Shown: positions 27,171 to 42,114 of the stretch, piece after piece
How the letters are laid out: each line of letters starts with the position of its first letter
How positions within the stretch are numbered: position 1 is the first letter of the stretch
Origin: Podarcis tiliguerta
Lineage: Eukaryota
Length of the DNA stretch: 64,000 bases
Direction: 5' to 3' (one strand)
NCBI GenBank assembly: GCA_965153285.1
Contig: OZ229111.1
Translations under genes and position numbers: made by a program
Notes under the pieces: model-generated
The model's database searches: none
What the model saw: the letters and a program-made list of their open reading frames with translations, nothing else
Told to the model about the DNA's origin: nothing

Positions 27171-27941
27171 TAAAAGAGTTCAGCAAGAGGGTTCATATTG
27201 ACTGCACAGAATTCCACTTAGTTTGGATCTTCTTTGGGCCATGCATTTTGGAGGGTCTTCGTTATTAGCGTCATGGTAATCGCTAGTATGAGTCTACGGC
27301 TGATGCCTCTTCCTTACTCTTGGTGGTGTGATGTATGTTTTTTATTCACAGAAAGTTTTCCCCTATGGCTCTCTGTGAACTGTCTGAACCAACTGCTGTG
27401 GTGATAGGAGTTAATATAATTCATATATACTAACAATGTCAATAACTATTCCCCAGGAATTGTGTATTTGAGGCCTTGCAGGAATTCTGTGAAGACGTTG
27501 ACCCTGCCTTCTGGGAACTGTGTAGAGTTTTATCTAAGGAATGGCATTTAATATTAAAACTGTCAAATATAATTGCATTCTGAATATGTTGCAAGCAATG
27601 GCTCAAGATTCAAATAGCCTTTCTCCCATGCGGTTAAGCAACATACTCTGAAGCCCTGAACGTGTCTCCCCTTCAGTACCTACTAATATTGAATGTAAAT
27701 ATTTTAATTTACTGGGATCTTGTATGCTGTTACCAGATGGCCAGTGGGGATCATAAGTCTTCTTCTGGTATATTATATTCCCCTGGACACTCGCCTCTCT
27801 TTTCTCCCCACAAGCTGAGAGATTTATTGGAGGAGAAGGAATCTCTCGTTTTTAATGCCAGGTTTATGTGAACTGAAGAATCTTGGGTGAGGTGTGGGCA
27901 GCTACCCCCAAAATGTTCATTTGCAAAGCTGCTTTGTAATA

Positions 27942-28191
27942 CAGTCATACCTTGGATCCCAAATGCCTTGCAAGTCAAATGTTTTGGCTCCTGAACGCTG
28001 CAAACCTGGAAGTGACTGTTCCGGTTTGCGAACATTCTTTGGAACCCAAATGTCTGTCAGGGCTTCCACGGCTTCCAATTGGCTGCAGGAGCTTTCTGCA
28101 GCCAATCAGAAGCCATGCTTTGGTTTCCGAACGCTCTGGAAGTCGAACGGACTTCCAGAATGGATTCTGTTCGACTTCCAAAATACGACTG
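27942..28191. mobile_element. Tigger-like MITE, family C
   Basis: TA-CAGTCATACCTTGGA ... TCCAAAATACGACTG-TA, with an internal palindromic CCAATTGGCTGCAG/CTGCAGCCAATC. Confidence 0.8.
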
Positions 28192-31100
28192 TACTGAAAG
28201 CAGGGGAAGGGGTAAACCCATGGTCAGCTGGAAATGCCCCCTGCTTGCTTTAGAGTGGCAAATCTTACAGTTCTCTAGAATCTCCTTCATAGCAGTTATT
28301 CATGGCTTGTTATTTCTAGGTTTCTTTTTGCATTTCTGTCCTTCACCTGAAAAAAGGGATTGCATTACTGTCAGCTCAGGGCCTTTTCATTGTCTCTGCT
28401 ATAAGAGCCCAGCTGAAATCAGGCTTCTCTCTCCACTGGCCTCTTCAGAAGCCGTGCCATCAGACTGCAGGAGAGCGAGAGGGGTGGAGCAGCAGGGCCA
28501 AACCCACCAGCAACTTTTGACTCCTTTCCACAATTTCCTTCCATTCTGCCTGTTCATTACAAGATCTCTGTAAGTAAGGATTAGTGTCCCAACTTGGGTT
28601 TTTTCCTTAGTACTTCCCAGCCCCAGTTCTCTTGAATTGCGTGAGCCTGAGGGCAAGGGATGTCTTCTCATTGGATTTTGCAAGCTGCTCAGAGAGGCTT
28701 TTTTCCAGTTTAATGGCAGGATAAAAATGCTAATGATGACAAATTTATATGTATCATACATAATTATCATGTGCATCACCATTTCCTCCTTTTGATAGCT
28801 TCCCAAGTCTCTTCTGCTTTCCTTTTTTTCCCCATGGAGACATGGTAGAGGATGGGCCTGTTTTTGTTTCTGGCTGTTGGCTCAGGTAATGCAATCTCAA
28901 GAGAAATGCTCTTTGAAGAATTTTTTGTGCTCTGAAGGGGTTTCTCCTTGAGTTTTTCTTTGTATAGTACTCAGCTGGGAGTGCAAAGAGTTCTCGCATG
29001 TAGGAACTTCAGTGCATACACTCAGTTCAGAAAAAAAGAGGCGTCTCTTTGTAGCTGTTGGAGCATTGTGGAAGAGAAGTAATAGCTGCACTTACTGCCT
29101 GGTTCGAGAATCTTGGCATGCGACAGAATCATTAAAAGCTCTATTGCTAAATATTCTGCTAGATCTCTGCTTTTAGTGGCAGCGTATGCCACCTGGTCCC
29201 TGGCTTGTTGATGGCGACTTTTAATACCTCTCCACCTGCTGCAAAGGGTGGTTCTATCTAGACAGGGCCTAGGCCTCACATTTCTGAGGGAGCCCTAGTC
29301 TTCGGATTGTGTTGGATTGTCTGTGACTCACACCTAGCTTCAGGCTGAGGTCTGGCTTTTGAATGTGCGATTATTAATGCTGATAAGCTGCCCACCCCTT
29401 TCTAGCTTTTATTCAATGAAACGCTGGCTCCATTTCTGTTCAGACATGTTGTAAAAGGGGGAAGTCTTGGCCCATTTTCTCTGTCTGAATAAACTGAATA
29501 AATTTGTGTGCATGTGTGGAAGCTTTGGAAAATACACCAGTTGCTGCTTGTGAATAGAATAGGATGGGCAGAACAGGGTGTTCAGCATATGGAATTGGGA
29601 GTGAAGACCTGCTTTGCTTTGTTTTTGTTTTTAAAATTGGTTCCAGTCAATTTGGCACAGTGGCAGTGTGTATCACCTGTTTCCTGAACTGTAAACTTCA
29701 AGGGGGTGGAAGAGAGGCGTTTCTACCTATCATCTGCATGCATTGGTGGTCAGGCTGTCAGATTAAATGTTGCCTGACATTGATTTGGATCAGTGGTAGC
29801 CTTATCCATCAAGGATGACAATACTGAGCTATAATGCACAGAATTTACCTATGCCTGCAGCCTAATACTCTGTAACTGGAAATTGCACTGAATGAACCTA
29901 GGGCTTCCTGCCGACATTGCTGGAGCACTTCCCCTTGATAGATGGTCACTTTAAGACAACTGACAGGTGTGTTGCTTTGCTTGCAGGGTCTAGGCACTGT
30001 GTGGCTTAAAGCAGCAGCAGAAACACAACCATTGGTAGGCAGTCAGGTGCAAGACTACAGGCAGAAAGAGTCTGCCTTCGTAATGTGAAGATGGAGATAG
30101 GGATTAAAAAAAGGGTGGAGAATGCCAGTTGTTGCTGAAGGCAGTTTGCCTTCTACCAGTGGGAAGAGGAAGTTCTGTCTGTCTTCTTGTACTGTGCATC
30201 TCAGTGCAGCTATATATTTCCTTGTGGAATTTTAAAAAGTCTTGCCTGCATGACACTCTTCCTGCCCTTAATCTCTGCATTCAGCACCTAATGTGTCCTT
30301 TTATTAGCATCCCCCACCAATTTTAATTTCACGTTCCCTTCCTGATGGGAAGCAATATTTTACTGCAAAAGAGGAACTTTGACGTGCTGCAAACATACCC
30401 AAAAGCATTGCTGGTGAACAGAGTTGTAAAGCAATGGCTCTTTCTTCATTTGTGACTGTGCCATTATTCTACAACAAAGTGTTAAGAGCTGAGCCTGCTG
30501 AGCATGACTGAATGGTTTCCTGTCATCAGGCCTCTCATTATTACCCTCTCCGTCAGCTGAATCCGTCTGCAAGGGCAAGAGGCATTCAAATACTTAATAA
30601 TTTCACAGCTTGAGAAAACATTTCTCCTGTTGCATCTTGGTCTTTGCTTAATTCATTGTGTAATTCAGCTGGGTACAATAATTTTTATAGCGTCACTGAA
30701 CTAATTCCCCTCCCCCTCCTAGTCCCAATCAGTTGTGTTTTTCAAACCTGATTTGTTTTAACTCTGGGTTTCAAACCCTGTGGCTCAGTCTATTTTTATT
30801 GCTTGGATCACTCATTCACTCCATGTGCACCATTGATCCCCTGAGAAATGTGCATCATACTCTTACGAGTGTTGCAGCTTCAGGAAGCACTGGAAGTTTT
30901 TGCTGTTGTTCCTTTTGCAGCATACATATGAACCTTTTACCAGAGAATGAACATGGTCCTGAAGTACAGCAAAGCTCCCTTTAAACTTCTCAAATGCTCC
31001 TCTCTCTCTCGAGAGGGCTCTGAATGTTAGTTTCGCACATTTAGGTAAAAATAAGAAACTATTTGTTGTTGGACCACTACTTAGTTGTTTTGAGGATTAA

Positions 31101-33222
31101 AAGAATGCTCTCCTTTTTTCTATGAAATGAATGCCTTCTACTTTATTTCGTAGAACTGGAATACATAAACTTTCAATTGTCTAATCTGATGCTGCTTGCA
31201 AAATAATCCTGACTCAAAGGCAGGCAGAGGTTGTCTGGTCTCCCATGATCTAACCAGTTTATAGCATCAGATGTGAATGTAACCTGACCCAAACCCTTGT
31301 TCAGCAGATCACACCATTACCTGTGTATTGTTTCCAGCTGGAGGAATGGAGTTCATTCAAGCCAATGAGATTACAGTCTCCTTAGCCTTGTGCCTCTAAA
31401 TATCTTTTTCTGCCTGCCTTGGCTCAGCAATCTCATCAAGAAATGTCGGGACATCACATGCTCAAACACAGTAGTTCTCTTACTATAATTTTTAGAAGCA
31501 AATAATCTGCAGCTCCAAAAATGTATAAAACAGCAGTTTACTATGTGTATAGCAACCTGTAGAATTCCATTTTTTCAGTAAACCTCCGAAGAGGATACAC
31601 TGCGCAGTTGTGCAGAAAGGGATGTGTAGTTTAATAAAAGTATAGAACTAATCGTTGGCCACCATATTCTTGTCCCTCAACATGAAATGTGGATCTTCTT
31701 GCTGGTGCTGGGGAACGCTCTACCTCCTCTTGCAGCTTGGATTTGCAGGCAGAGGAGCAACTGGAAGAGATTTAGTTCAGTCTTTACAGGCTAAATGTCT
31801 GAAGCTAGAATATGTAGGTGTGTGTGCTAATAACAAGTTATGTGGACTGCAAATGGCTGTTGAGTTGCCTGCTAGTAACCTTTATTTCCTTTCTTAAGTA
31901 AGGGTGGTCAGGAGCAGGAACCAAGTTAAGAGTTTAGTTTCTATAATGAATCCTGCCATAGCCCTAAATTGTGTGGTGTAATTCTTGCTCTAGCACTGTT
32001 GCCTTAATGGTTGTTACTAGAACTTTACATCACAGTTGCTTGGCTAATCTATCCCCTTATTTTTTGTAATTTTCCTTAAAGACTTGTCTTTTATGCATCT
32101 CATAAAAATAGTGATTTATTATCATATATCTCAGAGCAATGCAGTGTTCTCATCTTTATGTTGCTTATGTTGATCCCTTCCTCTTTGGATAAACAATCCT
32201 TTCTCCTCTTAACCCCGTGTTGAATAATGGAGACCTAAAATTAGAAAGGGGTGCTTCTGGGTTAATTGTTTTGTGACTGTTGTGTTATTTGCCCACACAT
32301 GAGGCTCAGCTCCGTAGCCCCACTAGGGCAGAGAGAAATGGAATTAAAGTATTACCAATACAAGAAAAAGAACCAGTAGACAAAGATCAACAAATGCAAG
32401 AGTCAATAAAAAGGCAGAGGATGCGAAGGGATGCGACTGAGAGAACAAATCTTGAAAAAAGGAGAGGAGTAAAACTTCGCTGGTGCAAATTAAAGGCAAA
32501 CACAGGGAAACAATTTTATTGGTATTGTAAAAATCTAAAACAGAAGATGAAACTATGTTAAAAAAAATCCTGCTAATTGAATGATGATGTCTAGCTGCAT
32601 GCTTGGCTGTCCCAGCCCACACTCTGAAGATGTGGTACAGCAACAAAGCTGAAAGCCAGTAGGTCTGACTGGGGCTGGTGGGAATCCAACAACATCATAG
32701 AGGTTTGCAGGTGCCCCATCCTTGCTCCAAACTGTACAAGTACACAATAACAGAATTAATGTATGCATGTTGTGTTTGCTAAGCGGATTCCCCCCTCTCT
32801 GCTCTAGTTCCTTTATGGGGGTTATTTTCCTTTGCCTTCTATTCACATTTATTTCCCAATGTACTGCAGAAGTTGGTTAAGCAATACTTCCTTTGTGGGT
32901 CCAGCCAAACACAGTTAACATGAGCTTCAACACTTAAAACAAACCCCACTCCCACCACCCAAAACCCTGCAGTCATTCTCTTCAAGGTCTTAGTAAGAAG
33001 TCACAATAGCCAGACTAACTGCCCGCAGAATTACGGTAAGTGTTGAGGGGAAGGGATGAAGAGCATCTTCCTCTGGAGAGCCACAAAATCAGGGTTGGGC
33101 AACCTGTGGCTGTCTAGAAGTTGTTGGGCTGCTCCAGTTGCCCTGATGATTGGCCTGCTAAATAGATGTTGTATGATTGCTGTAAGCAAGTAAATAGGAG
33201 GGCAACTTCAGTAGCTGCAAGA

Positions 33223-33420
33223 GCATAAGAAAAGCCTCTAGACCAGTATCCTGTTTTCAATGGTCATCCAGATGCCTGTGCAAAGTCCACAAGCAGGGCC
33301 TGAGCTCAGTAGGACTCTCCCTTCCTGCAGCTTCCAGCAGTGGATGTTCAGAAGCATACCATCCCTGAGAGTGGAGAAAGAACATTACCCATCAGGGTTA
33401 GTAGCCATTGCAGTAGCCTT
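33223..33420 (-). mobile_element. CR1 LINE 3' end
   Basis: Matches 23891-24110 (CCAGATGCCTGTG...GCAGGGCCTGAGC...GGGTTAGTAGCCATTG). Confidence 0.7.
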
Positions 33421-35689
33421 AACTATGCAACTTCCTTTCCCTGGAGATGTTCCCGATTTCAGAAGCATTGTGCAGTGTTCTCATGTGGCTTAGCTTTTCC
33501 TGAAGTGGGGGTGACTTCTGTTATGGATGCAACATGTCTCTGTTTTGTGGAGTTGGGACTTCATTGTTTGCAGATACCTTTCTCAAAACCTCTTGCTGCC
33601 GTTGGAAAGGCATTGCTTTACCACAGGAAGAAGAAAGAAGGGAGTTTCCTGCTGAGAGCTGAGCTCTTGCTCTTGACGCAAGCCTGCAGGAAACAGCTTG
33701 TGGACTGGCAGCAGTCACAAGATTCATGTCTAGTAACCACAAGCGTAAGTCATTGCAGATGCCTTGCAAGAGGTGGCTGTATATGCCTCACTTAATATTC
33801 TTGAAAAGAACATGCCTGACTTTACAGATTTTTAATAGCATTCTCTCCTAAGAGAAAATCTCCAAAGAGCTAACACGGTTCTCCAGAGAGGCACTTGGCT
33901 TTAGCTAATTATTTTTAAACACACATATTGGGTTTTTTGTCTTTATTTCACCAAGTCACTGGTGGAAGATCATTAGGATATCCTGCCCTCCCCCCACCCA
34001 TTTCTAGGCTGTGGCCTATACACACTTATTAGGAAGTAAGGACTCCTGAATTCATAGGGCTGGACTGCTAATCCTTCTCAGTGACCTTTAGTAATCAAAG
34101 TATGAAAATGGGCAAGGGGAAAAATTGTGAATACTTATGTCCCTGCCATCTATGAAGATGTTTGCCCTACCGAGGAGGAATTGTCTACTGAAAGCAGCTT
34201 TCAGCCGTGGGCATTTGTTCATTGATTGCACAGGAAATAATTAATGCAGGAAGCCTGGGTGAGGCAGCGCTTTCTATTCCCCCACCCAAGCTTTAAATGA
34301 AGTTGTGCCAAACAGGCAGTACTCTTTGTATTTGTCAGAAACGGTTAGACTTGAATGTAACCCTTGGAGCCCACTGTTTCCATTATCTGACGCTGAGCTT
34401 TTTAATTGCATTCTCTCATTATTTTCTTAGTTGGAAATGAAGCTCCGTGTGGAGGAATCCCCTTTATGAAAGCACCATGCAGCCTCCAGCATCAGGACTC
34501 CATCTGCATGGAACCTCCATCAAGGGGATCCCATTCCATCGTGCTTTTCACAGTGGAGGGTGGCATTTAACTCTGAGACTGAGGTTGGGTGTGGACTGGG
34601 AAGAGGGGATGTGACCTGAAGAGAGAGAGAACAAGGGAGAAAGAGAGAAAGAAACAAAGGGAGTGTGTTGGAGGGTGACATTTGACTCCGAGACTGGGGT
34701 TTCCCCTCTCCCCATTAAGTGGGTAAAGTGGTACTGGAGTGCTTTGTGTTTGGGTCGGGGGGGGGGGGAGTGGCTCAGTTTGATGGATAGACCTGATAGG
34801 GCATGAGGAACAGCAACAAGTTTAGAGGAGGCATATAATTCAACACAGATCCTGGGTAAGCACCTGGACCCCTAGAATCTTGCACCACTCAGAGATTGGG
34901 AGGGGCATGTATCACTGGTGTGAGAAGTGGGATGAATACAATCCCAGCTATGGCTGAAGTTCTAGTTGGGGTCCTTATACAGACTTGGATGGTCCCAGCA
35001 TGCACATATTCTGGGCATGTGAGCAGTTAGCCTTCAGTCCATCTTTTCTTTTTCTTCAGCGAGTATTTTTATTTATTTATTTAGAGAGGTTGCTATGGTT
35101 TTCTTTTGAAGATGAGCTGATTGGCTCTTTTTTAAAAAGAGAGGAAGAGCAATGACCAAATGCCTCCAATCTGAGACAGGAAATTGTCTAACGGCTTTGC
35201 AAGCCTGTACTAGAATTGTTTGGGCTTCTTTTTTATTTCTCATCAGAGGAGGTTTTGTTCATCCTGTCCTCTCAGTTACCACCCCTCCCTGTTTTGTTTT
35301 TTGTTCTTGGCATAAGATGAGCATAGGCATCCAAGAACCAGAAAATAACAATAATCGTGGTGCAAACCCTCATGTAACATTTTCATAATTTGCAATCCCA
35401 TCAGAAAAGGGACCACAATCTACTGGGTACATTTCCTTATTGCTGCCTTGAATAATCTGTGCCAGTTTTGTCTAGTATTTAAATTATTTAGTGGCCCTAG
35501 TATTGTTATTGTTCATTCTTTAACTTTCCAAGTTTGTGAAAACATTTATTTTTCATTTGAACAAAACAAAGTGCGTGTCCCTTCCTGAAAAGGAGAAATG
35601 TGCATTTTGATGGCTGTAAATATTACTAGTAATGAATGAGTCCCGTGGTTTCATATGTATAAAGATTTAAACTGAAGCAATTATTAACA

Positions 35690-35765
35690 GGGCAAAAGTT
35701 TCCTGCATTGCAGGGGGTTGGACTAGATGATCCTTGTGATCCCTTCCAACTCTATAATTCTGTGA
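35690..35765 (+). mobile_element. 3' fragment of the CR1-tailed SINE
   Basis: TTCCTGCATTGCAGGGGGTTGGACTAGATGATCCTTGTG matches 18951-18989. Confidence 0.75.
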
Positions 35766-38700
35766 AAAAAATGGATGGGATCCAGTGGTGGCACAGCCTC
35801 CTCCCTTTGCTTTTCAAAGGTGCTTCTCTCATGGCAAATTGATTAACCTGATAAAATACCAGCCTTAGTAAACAAGGTGAGCAGCACGTGGGTGGCTAAT
35901 ACCAAATTTGGTTGTACATGTATCAGTATATAGTCAAACTAGTCGTGAAAATAGTGACTTGTAGCCTGCCAGACGGAGTTTGAACTTACTGATGCAGAAA
36001 TGTGAATCCTTAAGTGACACTGATTTGAGTGGCAGGATTGCTCTTAATAAGGGGGTAAAGAATAAGTCTGTCTTGTAGTATGTAGGGCTTTTCTCTGAGA
36101 ATTGAGTAGTCACTGTCTAAAAGTAGTTTGCACAGCGTATTTCTTTCCCCATGGTACACAGGCAGTTATGGAAGCTATTCTGCAATTTACTATCCAATAA
36201 TTGATTTTCTTATGCTAAATACTTGTTTTCCCGGATCAGAAAAAAATGGGCACTAGGACTCTTTGTAATATGCAGTGCCAGTGCTACTTTTGATATTGTC
36301 TGCTTTTGTTTAAGAGATGGAATTCAGAAGTCGAAATGGAGGAAACGTCTCTCTCATTGGTACATACAAATGCTAGGGAAACAGAATTGCATAACTGACG
36401 CAAGAAGGAAGAGCTGTGGTTAGACTATCTTCACTCCGCCTTAGTTCTCAGTAGTGAGCTCTGTAACAAGCAACACATGTAAATGAGCGGTTTCTCCTTT
36501 TTGTGTGGGCTAGGTAATATCTTCTCCAAAGGAGAGCACATTTTAACTGAGAACATTAAGCACAGTTTTAAAAGGGGACATAAAATGATGCTTTCATTTT
36601 AGCAGGGCTGTTCTGTATTTGATATGGAAGGTCTGTTTCGGGCACTGCATGTTATGGGCTCAAGATATATCCTTCCCTTTGTCCTGAGTTAAGACACAGC
36701 ATGGGAGGAGATGCAGGTTACAGGACTTTGGCTGCCTGTGATAGGAAAGAGCAGATTCTGGAAGGGCAGGGCTTCCTGCGTCAGAAACAGGAAGTGATTT
36801 GGGGTCTACCTCTTTTCTGGGCGGCCAAACAACCGTTTGTGTTTACTGGTTAGACCTCCAGTTGTCTGCTTTTAAACTTCCTTTAGTTAGTCAGAGAGTC
36901 TGGTATTTTGGCCGGTTGCATAATACCTTGTCTTTGTGTCAAACGGTTGCAGCTCAGCAGAAACAGATGTTCCACGCGTGTATACAAATAAGATCCTATG
37001 GAGCATAAGCTGTTAAGGAGGGAATTTTGTGCATTTAAACATAACCTTCATCAGCACAACCTCATCTTTTCTTTGAATAATATTTTGGCAAATGCAAAGC
37101 ACAATACAATTGGTGTCTAAAGTTAGCTGGCTGATTCACTGTAGGTTTCCTGAAGGGGTACTGCCACGAGTACGGGATGTTATTTGGCCAGTGCTGCTCC
37201 TATTTCTCCATTTTTCATCCATTTCGGCTTGGAGGCCAATAACTGATGACTGTTAAAGTGTTAGCACAGCCGACCATGTCCTATTAACACCCTGTTCTGG
37301 TATTTCTCTCCCTCCCTCCCCACCACCTCTCTACCAGTTTACACACAGACGTGAGAGACGTTTTCTGATGAGTTTACGTGCTGTCCACATAGGTACTAAA
37401 ATGCTTTCAGAGCAAACAACTTTGCTTGTCTGTCAGCCTAAAGTAATAGCAGCCCAGGAGCAGCATAATCTACCTGCAACATTTAAAAGAGATTCTTGGT
37501 TTCCTGTAGGTTGTGGAAACTTGTTCTCCAGATGTTGCTGGATTGCAACCCCCATCAGCCCCAGCCAGCAACATCTGGAGGGCCAGAGGTCTCTCCTTCC
37601 CTGCTGCCCACGGTTAGAGGCAAAGGTTAATTGAGCTTGACTATATTGCTCATAGCTTGTGTTATATATATATATAGCTAGGTTATATATAACTTAGTTT
37701 TACATTAAGGGCAGTATCGACTGGTGTTGACATTGGGAGCTGTGAGGAAGAGGGAGCGATTTGTTGATTTAGATGGAAATTTACCATGAAACATTTAGCA
37801 GTGATGTCTGCTGAGCTTTAGCACATTTCCGTATCTGTTTTTTTAGACTCCAGAAAGTAAAGAAGATAAGAACAATTAGAGATGGGGGGAGCTGTGGGAG
37901 ATTCACCTGCAAATTGGTTCAATGATTGGTATTGTCCATACTCCTAATTCTAAAGCGCTAGAGAGCCAAACATAAGATCCTCTTGAAACCTCCTCCTTTG
38001 TTACAAGAATGTAAAGGGCCACAGACACAGTTGTGTGTGTCTTTTTAAAGACTAGGCAGCCATTTCCCCCCTCCCACTGGTAGCATTATCAACTTTGCCT
38101 GTGTTACCATGGTCTCTTTGTAAACATTTGTGCTGATAATGTGAGAGTAATTTGTGTGTGGTAACTAGATAGTGATTTTGCTTTTCATTTCATGGATGTC
38201 AGTGAATCCATGAAAGTTTGGGGGTCGCAGAGGTTGGTTTGATTAAATGTTTGGTTCAGTGAAGTTAGGGTATCGTTTTATTATGAGATTTTAGCATATG
38301 TATGTTCTCGGAAGATCACCTTTTGCGATATAACGGATGGGAATTATGTATCATGTTTGGTCAATATTTGAGAACTAGAAACTCTCTTTGCTGAATTCTA
38401 AGATCAACACTGTTGCAGAGTTTTTTTTGTTTTAAATGCTACGAGAAGGAGCGGGAGCATGTAGCCAGACAGCCAGAGTTTTTATTTGAATTTCCTGCTC
38501 TGACTCTTGAAATGGCTACTTTTAAAATCACAGTGATATGAATTTAATGATGGAGAGGGGAAATTAAATAGTGCCTGACTCAGCTGGATCGCTCCAAATG
38601 GGTATCCTTGTAGCCTACCTGTAGTCTAGCCCCATAGGAGAAGATTAGCATTATTCTCTATATATGGAGAGGGGGGTTTCTTTTTCTAGGCCACTTACTG

Positions 38701-39789
38701 AGAATTACTTCCCACATGCTTATTTCCTACACAGATACCACCATTTCTGTTCTTTCTCTTTTTTTCACTGTTTAAAATAAATCTCAATGTAGTCATGCTT
38801 CAGTGCATACTTGTTACTGGGGAAAATATGGAAATAACCTTGGAGTTTCTGTGTTGTAACTTTGGTTAGCAAATAAAGACTAATGGATTATCTCTGTGGC
38901 CTGATGTAATGGAAATATAAATACTTTATTTGGAGAGATGCACATCGCATCTCTGTCCATATTTACTTGGAAGTAAATACTACTTTTTTCAGTAGGACAC
39001 ACACTTAAGTGAATGTGTGTTGGAACTGCAGCCTTGGGGAATAAATACGACTTACAGAAAAGCAATAGTGCCTTTTTGTGCTACTGCTGATTATTTTAAT
39101 AAAGGTGCCATCTTTTTTGCATTATTCGCGGTGCTTTTAAATTGGTGGCAGATATTTCAAAGCTTTATAAGTGACTGTAGACATTTGCTGTGTTTTGAAA
39201 GGAGTTGAGGGAATATGATGTGTAGAGAACTCTACCCTTCACTTCTCTTTTAGCGGCAAGCTGTATGTTAAATGCAAATGTATATTACAAAACCTTCAAT
39301 TTTTTGGAAATGAAAAGCAGCCTCAGGCACCTGCTATTTTGAGCAGAGGAGAGAGCGCTCTGCATATGTGAATTTGTTTTCCCATTATAATTTTCCCTGC
39401 TCAGATTGTGCCCCCTCTTCCAGCTCCCTTGTAGGCTTCTAAGGGTCAGTGTGAAGCTGGAACCCTGTGGAGAAAAATGGCTAATGGAAGAATGATTGAC
39501 TATGCTTCTCTCCAGCTTCAAAATAACAACCTCCTAAGGCTGCTTCTTGGTTGTTAAAAACAAAACAACTCTCTTGGGGCATCACTATACTCAGTTCCAT
39601 GTAGTTTGCCCCACAGTCATTTTGGAATATGGTGGTCCTGTCAAACCTATTTCAGTTTTCCTTAATTTTGCTTTGCTTTGTTTTTGTTTAGCAATCCATC
39701 GGATATAGGGGGAAGATTAAAGTAAATTGTAGATACTTTGTATAAGTTGCCTCAACTCCATGGGACAGGCTTGAACATAAATATTCTTC

Positions 39790-40045
39790 TTCTTCTTCAT
39801 CATTTTAACAATAGTCTAAAGCCAGTGTACAACACAACAGCTGAAAAAAGGTTAAAATACAAAGACCAGCCACAAATTTAAAGCAAAACCAAAACAATAC
39901 AAAATATTCACTGCAAAGTCCCATTCATCTAGCTGGGACAAAAACATCTTATTTGTTTCTGGAAAATGCAGATAGTGGGCACCTGTTGTACCTTGACAGG
40001 AACGCTATTCCACAAAACAGGAGCAGCCACATTAAAAGGTCTGCT
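39790..40045 (-). mobile_element. Degenerate L2 3' region
   Basis: A-rich tract followed by GGAACGCTATTCCACAAAACAGGAGCAGCCAC, antisense to the typical L2 ORF2 end. Similar relics lie at ~11555-11960 (-) and ~40400-40530 (+). Confidence 0.5.
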
Positions 40046-42114
40046 CAGAGTTATTGTATGTTTTGGTTATGTATTGTTCCCAAAAGGGTGAAGTATTCTT
40101 AAGCACAAATCTCTTTTTAAGCACCTCAGAGATTCCCCACACCTTCGTACATTTGTATCTGAAATCTTGCTGAGATGTGGGGAATAAGCTGGAGGCGACA
40201 ATTCCCTGAGAAGGATCTGCCTCCAGTTTCAGTCCAGAGGAAGGCCCTCTCTCCCACCAAACACATTAAGATGGGAGTAAACTACTATGAGACATACAAT
40301 TTTATCTGTAACTTTTTGCTGCCATCAGAAGCCTACTAAGTTTAGCTAGTAGGGAGTGTGGGTGGCTTGAGCACCCAGAATGTGTGTGCTAGCTATGAAG
40401 ACAAGTAGTGAGATGGTCTTTTCTGTGGTGGCCTCCAGATAGCAGAATGCCCTTCCCCCCAAGGTGTTTGACCATGTCACTGTATACATTTTGACCTTGG
40501 ATCAAGAGACAACTTCTTGAACAGGCCCTTGTGTGGGAGTGGGCAGAAGATGTTACTTAGTTCAGTTGTGACCTGTCCTAGGGACAGCATGGTGAAGACT
40601 AACAATGAATGAATGAATGAAAGATAGATAATGCATGTAACACGCTGGCCATTTAAAGACAGAAACTATGGATGCTACACCTGCATGGTTGGAATGTCAT
40701 CAAACTGGACATGAGTTCATGCCTACAAGTCTACTACTGTATAAGAGAAATTGGTGCCCATATTAGAGAAGTTAGACTTCCATCAGCAGCTTGTGCTGCT
40801 GAATCACATTCCTGAATCTACCCGTAGTTTCCCCCAGTATGCATCGATACCTTCTTAGAGTTGGTCACTGATAACATGGTTGAACTGTTAACTGGTGCTG
40901 CATGTAAAGACTTGAAAGTGCAGGGAACATTTAATCACTTCAAGGTATGCTCTTGCTTAAATTGGAAGATTCAAATCTTCTTTTAGCTAGCAGACTGGCT
41001 AGAACAATTAGCCCATATAGTAATGGGCACTGCCCTTAGTGGGTGTTAAAATTTCATAGAAGCCCAAAATATATCACAACCCACTCTTCCATTTAAGGAA
41101 TTTCATGACATTTCTAAGGACTTTTCAGCCATGTAATTCTGTGAATAGGCAAAGGAATTGTCTCCTTCCCCAAACACAACAGTTCTGCATGTATTTGAAT
41201 GTTTTAGCACCTATAATCTTGTAGAAAAGGAACAACTTTGCTAGGCAACATACCACAAATGCTGAAGCTTTCAATGGCAGTGTTATGCTTTATACCAATA
41301 TGCACCCAGAGCTTGTTAGCAGATTAAATTCCAATCCTCTTCTGCAGTTATTTAGATATAAAAACTGATTCTAAGCGCCAAAGAGAGCCTCAGATAATAC
41401 AGAAATATATTTTTGGTAATTCCCTGCTGTCCCCCATCCCACTTAATGGAAACAGATGACTTTCAAAAATGATTAATGGGGGGGGCGCGAGTTGTTGTTT
41501 TAAGCTTGTTAGCAACCCATGAAGGAATGATGGAAATGTCAGAAACAAACACAAGGAGATCATATCTTAACCCAGTCATCTGAAATACCCAATATGGAGT
41601 TATAACACTGCACTATAACCTGTGCTTGTTGATGATAAATAAGTAGTATTTTCCAGCTTTGCATGGCAAGCACTGGCATCTGTGTCTTGATTATGAAGTG
41701 GTGTCATGCCAGGGAAAACATGACTGCTCCAGAAGGCAATCCAGAAAATAGTCTTTCCTCGTAGTCTTTCTGTGCGAGCTAACTGTTGCTGCTTCCTTTA
41801 TTGCCATTAATTTGTTCTGTGACCTGTTACCTTAGCATTGCTGCATGCTCTGTGTTACATAAAAAGCCAATGGGTAGCCTCTATAACCTGTTTAAAAGGT
41901 TAGGTTGTCAGTGTCTTGTAAAACATTTGACAGTCCTCCCTCATTCTCTTTCAGTAGAGAGGAGTTCATCAAATAGCACCAGGGTGTGTTACATAAATAA
42001 GTCACAGTCTAAAACAGCAAATAACATAAACCTCAAGTAAAACATCAGTTAATATCAAATCAGCAGCAATAACAATAATAGCAATATAGCAGAAGGGAGG
42101 CAGCATACACTTAT

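Noticed and set aside
31700-31750. GGTGCTGGGGAA as GNAI2 exon 2
   Set aside because: No AG acceptor, and the downstream sequence does not encode SGKSTIVKQMK.
32280-32561. Lys/Arg-rich 93-aa ORF as a gene or L1 ORF1/ORF2 junction
   Set aside because: A-rich low-complexity sequence with no diagnostic motif that I can support.
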